This document shows positions 59,582 through 64,000 of a DNA stretch of 64,000 nt, one piece after another. The translations under genes were made by a program, and so were the position numbers. Position 1 is the first letter of the stretch. The number at the start of each line of letters is the position of its first letter. Origin of the DNA: Candidatus Borrarchaeum weybense (GTDB lineage Archaea > Asgardarchaeota > Sifarchaeia > Borrarchaeales > Borrarchaeaceae); assembly GCA_019057385.1 (NCBI GenBank), contig JAHQJS010000005.1, forward strand, positions 1 to 64,000, read 5' to 3'. The notes under the pieces were generated by a model that saw only the letters and a list, made by a program, of their open reading frames with translations, was not told the DNA's origin and did not search any database.

Positions 59582-59616
59582 AGATAAACACCTCCAATGG
59601 ATGTTAACTTATTTTT

Positions 59617-59904
59617 TCACTTATTTCGTTTGCGCTTTCCTCTGGTATACATAAATAAGTCTGAAGATAAAAGTTCTTCTACTTTTGAGGGATTAGAAAC
59701 TGTGATAGATAGATAAGGTTGTTTTACTGGACCAAAGACATCTTTCACAGAACCAATAATTTTCTTGTCTTTAGTACATACCCTCGTTTGTAATTTTGGA
59801 ATAAAATTAGGATTACCTTGAACAATAAGTTTACCATGAGGCGAGATATGTAAGATTGTTCCAATATGTTTCAAAAAGTCTCCTCCAGACCGGAAACTCT
59901 GCAA
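59617..59904 (-). CDS. gar1: H/ACA RNP subunit Gar1/Naf1
   Basis: 'IG.V.DVFGPV..PY.S'; adjacent to tfb as is common in archaea; true start may be the TTG near 59874. Confidence 0.88.
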   Translation of the reverse strand: MQSFRSGGDFLKHIGTILHISPHGKLIVQGNPNFIPKLQTRVCTKDKKIIGSVKDVFGPVKQPYLSITVSNPSKVEELLSSDLFMYTRGKRKRNK

Positions 59905-60049
59905 AGAGAAGCGCGCACGAAAAGTGAAAACCGGTATATAAACTTTTGGGTATTTAAAGTTTACGATTAGTGTAGGAGTCGGAATTTATAAAGGTTCCTT
60001 TTATATCTCTACTTTAACTAAGAATACATTTAAACTTCAGGAAGAATGA

Positions 60050-61327
60050 ATGGGTAATTATTTCAATATGATGGCGGAAATGATGAAGGATTGGCTCGCG
60101 TTAACAAAGGAAATTGTAAAAAAGCATTATATATTGATTATTGGCTTCTGCCTAGCGTTTGCAGTACGACTGTTGATTGCTACAATTGGTGCAAATCGTC
60201 ATTGGGATTTTCGTGATTTAACTGCAACTGGACTGTTGCTTCTTGAGGGTAAGGTACCTTACCGAGATATTCCTGTTGGAAAAACGGATTATCCTCCACT
60301 AATTTCATACACTATGATGGTTACAGTTTTTCTTTGCGGAGATTTTGTATTTCTTTGTAAACTCCCGTTTATTATTGGCGATCTCTTAATTGGTTATGTT
60401 CTCTATATCTTTGCGAAAGAATGGCAAGTTGATAGCGATAACTCTTCTCATCGGAGTTATATAATAACGCTCATTTATTTGTTTTTACCTTATCCAATAT
60501 TTGAAAGTTCGTACATTGGACGTTTTGATTCAATACCGACTCTATTTCTTTTGCTTACAATTTATTTTCTTCATAAGGAACATCACAATTATGCAGGGTT
60601 ATGTTGGGGCATAGGAATAATGTACAAATGGTTCCCCGTGATCGTTGCACCTATAATCTTCCTATACTTTTTCAAGACTAATAAAATGAAAGACCTTGCA
60701 CGATTTCTTTTTATAACATGTGCTGTATGTTTCTTAATTTCTCTTCCCTTTCTTATTCTCGCACCAAATCAATATATCTCAACATATCTATTCCATCTTA
60801 CCGGAAGGGAAGTTTCAACAGATTTATCGATTTACTCTCTCTATAGCTATCTTACTAATGATTATTCCATGATTGTAAGAATTATTAGCACAACTATTCA
60901 AATAATTGTACTTTTAGGTTTATTTTTGAGTTTTTCTGTAGCAAAAAAAGTCTTTGAGACGCCTTACGTTCTAATTATACTCAGCGCCTTATTTCTGAAT
61001 GCTTTTGTACTTTTTAATCGGATCATCAACCCTCAATATTTCTTCTGGTATTATCCGATCCTACTCTTCTTACTTTTTCTTCAAAAGACTGCAAGAAGAC
61101 AACTTTTTCTTGTAATATTTCTGATAATTAATCTTGATGTTATTGCTTTTGCTCAGTTCTGGTTACAATGGGGGTATCGTAGAACGATCTTAACCATAAC
61201 TCTTCCTTTCGAGTCCATGATCCTTTATGTTGTAGTCTTTCATGTGTTATCTTATGTTCTTTTTATCTACCTTCTTAGATTCTATACATTGAACCATCCT
61301 TCTGTTCCTCTTCAGGTAAAAGACTGA
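60050..61327 (+). CDS. GT-C membrane glycosyltransferase (GT87/PIG-M/DUF2029-like)
   Basis: 'G..PY', 'DYPP', 'GRFDSIP', 'K.FP', 'NPQY..WY'; many TMs. Confidence 0.78.
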   Translation: MGNYFNMMAEMMKDWLALTKEIVKKHYILIIGFCLAFAVRLLIATIGANRHWDFRDLTATGLLLLEGKVPYRDIPVGKTDYPPLISYTMMVTVFLCGDFVFLCKLPFIIGDLLIGYVLYIFAKEWQVDSDNSSHRSYIITLIYLFLPYPIFESSYIGRFDSIPTLFLLLTIYFLHKEHHNYAGLCWGIGIMYKWFPVIVAPIIFLYFFKTNKMKDLARFLFITCAVCFLISLPFLILAPNQYISTYLFHLTGREVSTDLSIYSLYSYLTNDYSMIVRIISTTIQIIVLLGLFLSFSVAKKVFETPYVLIILSALFLNAFVLFNRIINPQYFFWYYPILLFLLFLQKTARRQLFLVIFLIINLDVIAFAQFWLQWGYRRTILTITLPFESMILYVVVFHVLSYVLFIYLLRFYTLNHPSVPLQVKD

Positions 61328-61392
61328 GATACACAAAACTAAAAATTCCTCTTAAAATCAGACCTAAGTAAGTTTGTATAAGGAAAAATTGA

Positions 61393-61507
61393 CGCCGGGG
61401 GAGGGATTTGAACCCTCGCGTTCACAATGGAACACTGACTTTCTTCCGTTTGACTCAAGGCCAGCGCCTTTAGACCACGGAGTTAGTCCGGGCTTGGCTA
61501 CCCCGGC
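61393..61507 (-). tRNA. tRNA-Ser(TGA) with a D-loop intron and a short anticodon-loop (37/38) intron
   Basis: GCCGGGG/CCCCGGC acceptor; oversized D-loop; CTGGC-CTTGAG[~13 nt]A-GTCAG; long variable arm; GAGGG-TTCAAAT-CCCTC; G discriminator. Confidence 0.88.
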
Positions 61508-61823
61508 TTTAAGAACGATTTAAATTCGGAAGAGGTGATGAAGATCGCACTTCACAATAAGAGATGTAGAAACTTGTTAATTTAACACGTGTATAAACAT
61601 TTTTGTAAGGACTATTTCATGAATTCATAAGATTTACTGTTTTCTAATTACAATTATTCTCAAAAGATATCATTTGTATTACCTTTTACAATAGTAGACT
61701 AGTTTGATATAATTAATTGCCTTCATGTAAAGTTTAAAAGAAAAAGTAGAGAATAAAAGAAAAAGAAGTTTTTAAAAGAAAACTTAGGATGATTATATTA
61801 ATTGAATAAATGGAGGATATCTG

Positions 61824-62507
61824 ATGAATAGAGATTTATTTCCAGATCAACGTGATATTTATCAACCAGAAGCTCAACACGGTGGCTATCTACCCGGAGC
61901 TACCGCAATAGGTGTTGTATGCAAAGACGGTGTTGTTTTAGCAGCAGAGAAGAGAGTATCGTATCCTGGGTCAACATTGGTTTTAAGTAAACTCGGAAAA
62001 AAAGTCTTTAAAATTACAGATAACATAGGTGCAGCGTGTGCAGGATTTATGGCAGATATGGACTCTTTGATAAGAACAATTGAAGCACATTCGCGGCTCT
62101 ATAATTTAGAATCTAGAAAGCCAATGTCAGTTCGTGCGGCCGCAAAACTTATGTCTAATATATTATTTGGTAGACGGTTTGCACCGTTATTGACAGAAAC
62201 ATTAGTAGCTGGTATGGATTCTGACGGAATTCCAAGTTTATTTGTTCTTGATCCCGCTGGTTCCGTACTTGATGATAAGTTCGCTTGTGCGGGAACTGGT
62301 GCTTCGATTGCGATTGGTGTCCTTGAAAGTGGTTATCGAGATGATCTTTCAGCAGAGGAAGGAAAGAAACTGGTTCTTAGTGCTATGAAATCCGCAATCG
62401 CGAGAGATGCTGCTAGTGGCGATGGTTGTGATCTGCTAGTAATAACAAAAGATGGTACAGAAGAAACTTTCATGCAAGTCTCACAAATTGAACAAATGTC
62501 TCAGTAA
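61824..62507 (+). CDS. psmB: Proteasome subunit beta
   Basis: PG|ATAIG, AAEKR, AG..AD, D..SGDG; the usual catalytic Thr1 position reads Ala. Confidence 0.93.
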   Translation: MNRDLFPDQRDIYQPEAQHGGYLPGATAIGVVCKDGVVLAAEKRVSYPGSTLVLSKLGKKVFKITDNIGAACAGFMADMDSLIRTIEAHSRLYNLESRKPMSVRAAAKLMSNILFGRRFAPLLTETLVAGMDSDGIPSLFVLDPAGSVLDDKFACAGTGASIAIGVLESGYRDDLSAEEGKKLVLSAMKSAIARDAASGDGCDLLVITKDGTEETFMQVSQIEQMSQ

Positions 62508-62657
62508 AACAAATTTAATTATTTTCCTATCAGTTTATACTGTGCCAACACTTTTACTATTGGTTTTATCAACCAGAAGACGGAATTCTTGAGCTAAATT
62601 TGAATATTAGAAACCAATTATTCTTTTATTTATCAAAAACAAGAAGTATCTTAGGAA

Positions 62658-63170
62658 TTGCAAATGTCAGAAGAAACCTTATGGAGAGACTACTGGAAGA
62701 ATGTAGCATCCTGTTTCAATAATGAAATAGCGAACCAATTAAATATTGAGCCTTTAACTTTAAAAGAATTTAAGCTTATATCACTAAAGAAACTTGCACG
62801 AAAACTTTATGAGGCGTGTAAAAATCACCAAGACAAACTAGATGCCATTATTTCTCTCTGTACAAAAGCCAAATTCTCTCAAAATGTATTGAGAAACGTA
62901 AGTAGGGTTCCATGGGGCTATGTAGTCACATATAGTCAGATTGCAAAATCAACTGAAAACCCAAAGGCTGCACGAGCTGTTGGTAATATTATGAGAAGAA
63001 ACCCATTCCCATTTATTGTACCATGTCATCGTGTGGTTCGTAATGATGGATCTATTGGTGGATTCATGGGTGGATTCCAAAATAGCACAAAAGTAAAGGA
63101 AAAACTACTTGAGATGGAAGGTATTACATTTGAGAATAAACGCATAAATTTAAAGAAATATGGCTTTTAA
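62658..63170 (+). CDS. ogt: Methylated-DNA--protein-cysteine methyltransferase
   Basis: VTYSQIA, AARAVG, NP....PCHRVV. Confidence 0.93.
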   Translation: MQMSEETLWRDYWKNVASCFNNEIANQLNIEPLTLKEFKLISLKKLARKLYEACKNHQDKLDAIISLCTKAKFSQNVLRNVSRVPWGYVVTYSQIAKSTENPKAARAVGNIMRRNPFPFIVPCHRVVRNDGSIGGFMGGFQNSTKVKEKLLEMEGITFENKRINLKKYGF

Positions 63171-63179
63171 TCGAATGAT

Positions 63180-63557
63180 TTGAGAATTAGGAGGGACAAA
63201 TTGCAGCCGTACAGAATCTTTACTGATCGTTTAGAGAAAGGTGAACTTAAGATAGATTGTATCGTATTAGAATTAGAGAACGCTTTGTTTTTAATAATCT
63301 CCGAAAAAGGTTATCGTGTTTCTACAATGGCTGGAGGTGTGCCTTCACCATCAGGAGTCTCTGATATGCGAGCAACATCTTTTAGAATTCTTGGGCATAA
63401 AAACCTACTTCTTGCAAGCGCTCTTGCTGAAAGAATCGCCCATTCGTTAAAAAAACTTGCTTTTGTAAGTGTAGCCACTAGAGAGGATGACCCTATTCAA
63501 AAATTAGTGCTTGAACTCGCCAATAAAGCTTTAGAAAAAGTGGGTGACTCCTCATGA
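63180..63557 (+). CDS. Proteasome assembly chaperone PAC4 (PSMG4)-like protein
   Basis: '.MA..VP......TS..ILG.....LA..LAERIA..L.K..FVSV' pattern; lies near psmB. Confidence 0.6.
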   Translation: MRIRRDKLQPYRIFTDRLEKGELKIDCIVLELENALFLIISEKGYRVSTMAGGVPSPSGVSDMRATSFRILGHKNLLLASALAERIAHSLKKLAFVSVATREDDPIQKLVLELANKALEKVGDSS

Positions 63558-64000
63558 AATTAGTTGTCGGAGTAACCGGCGCTAGCGGCGTAATTTATGC
63601 GTTAAAACTATTGAAATTCTTACAGGAACAAACTAGTTCCGAAGTTCATCTTGTTATCTCGAATCCCGCTGAAATTGTTATTGAACATGAACTAGAAATG
63701 GATAAAAAGGAATTTCAAAAATTTGCAGCTTATTCTTATGAAATTGACGATTTTCTATCACCCATTGCAAGTGGATCTCAGCAATTTGATGCTATGATAA
63801 TCATACCGTGTTCTATGTCTTCCCTTGCCGCGATTGCACAGGGATACACAACAAATCTTTTGTTACGGGCAGCAGATATTAGCATAAAAGAAAAAAGAAC
63901 TCTCATTATAATGCCGAGAGAACTCCCTTTCAGTCCAATTCATTTAGAAAACATGCTTAAATTAGCTAATTTAGGTGTGCATATAGTACCCGCAGCACCT
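63554..64000 (+). CDS. ubiX: Flavin prenyltransferase UbiX (3'-truncated by window edge)
   Basis: ATG 63554: MKLVVGVTGASGVIYA...IASGS...PCSMSSLAAIA.G...NLLLRAADISIKEKR.LI..PRELP. Confidence 0.95.
   Translation, partial: MKLVVGVTGASGVIYALKLLKFLQEQTSSEVHLVISNPAEIVIEHELEMDKKEFQKFAAYSYEIDDFLSPIASGSQQFDAMIIIPCSMSSLAAIAQGYTTNLLLRAADISIKEKRTLIIMPRELPFSPIHLENMLKLANLGVHIVPAAP

Overview
AT-rich archaeal chromosomal segment, most likely from an Asgard-lineage archaeon. The assignment is an inference from PolD subunits, Orc1/Cdc6, TFB, Alba, Sec61-beta and BHB-type tRNA introns, plus apparent eukaryote-like proteins (CINP/C1orf109-like, TRAP-beta-like, uDENN/longin-like, PAC4-like). Most of the window is housekeeping: replication, tRNA/rRNA processing, Moco, NAD, HypF, proteasome and glycosylation. 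Notable elements: (1) a probable replication-origin region upstream of cdc6 (~28.5-32.1 kb) with ORB-like boxes, a cluster of CGAYRAAAW repeats, an inverted pair of GAAC-N4-GTTC palindromes, two HTH genes, a free-standing LAGLIDADG endonuclease and a Cas2/VapD-like gene; (2) IS200/IS605-type RNA-guided element material: two tnpA-less tnpB elements, an orphan IscB-type omega/HEARO RNA mini-element with an internally deleted iscB, and solo end remnants; (3) a membrane-anchored HerA/VirB4-like ATPase whose N-terminal domain appears duplicated in a nearby longin/uDENN-like protein; (4) two tRNA genes with multiple non-canonical introns; (5) a tfb gene that apparently needs an ATT start codon; (6) a 1303-aa alpha-solenoid/Ig/zincin protein. 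All family assignments are by eye from sequence motifs; no searches were run.
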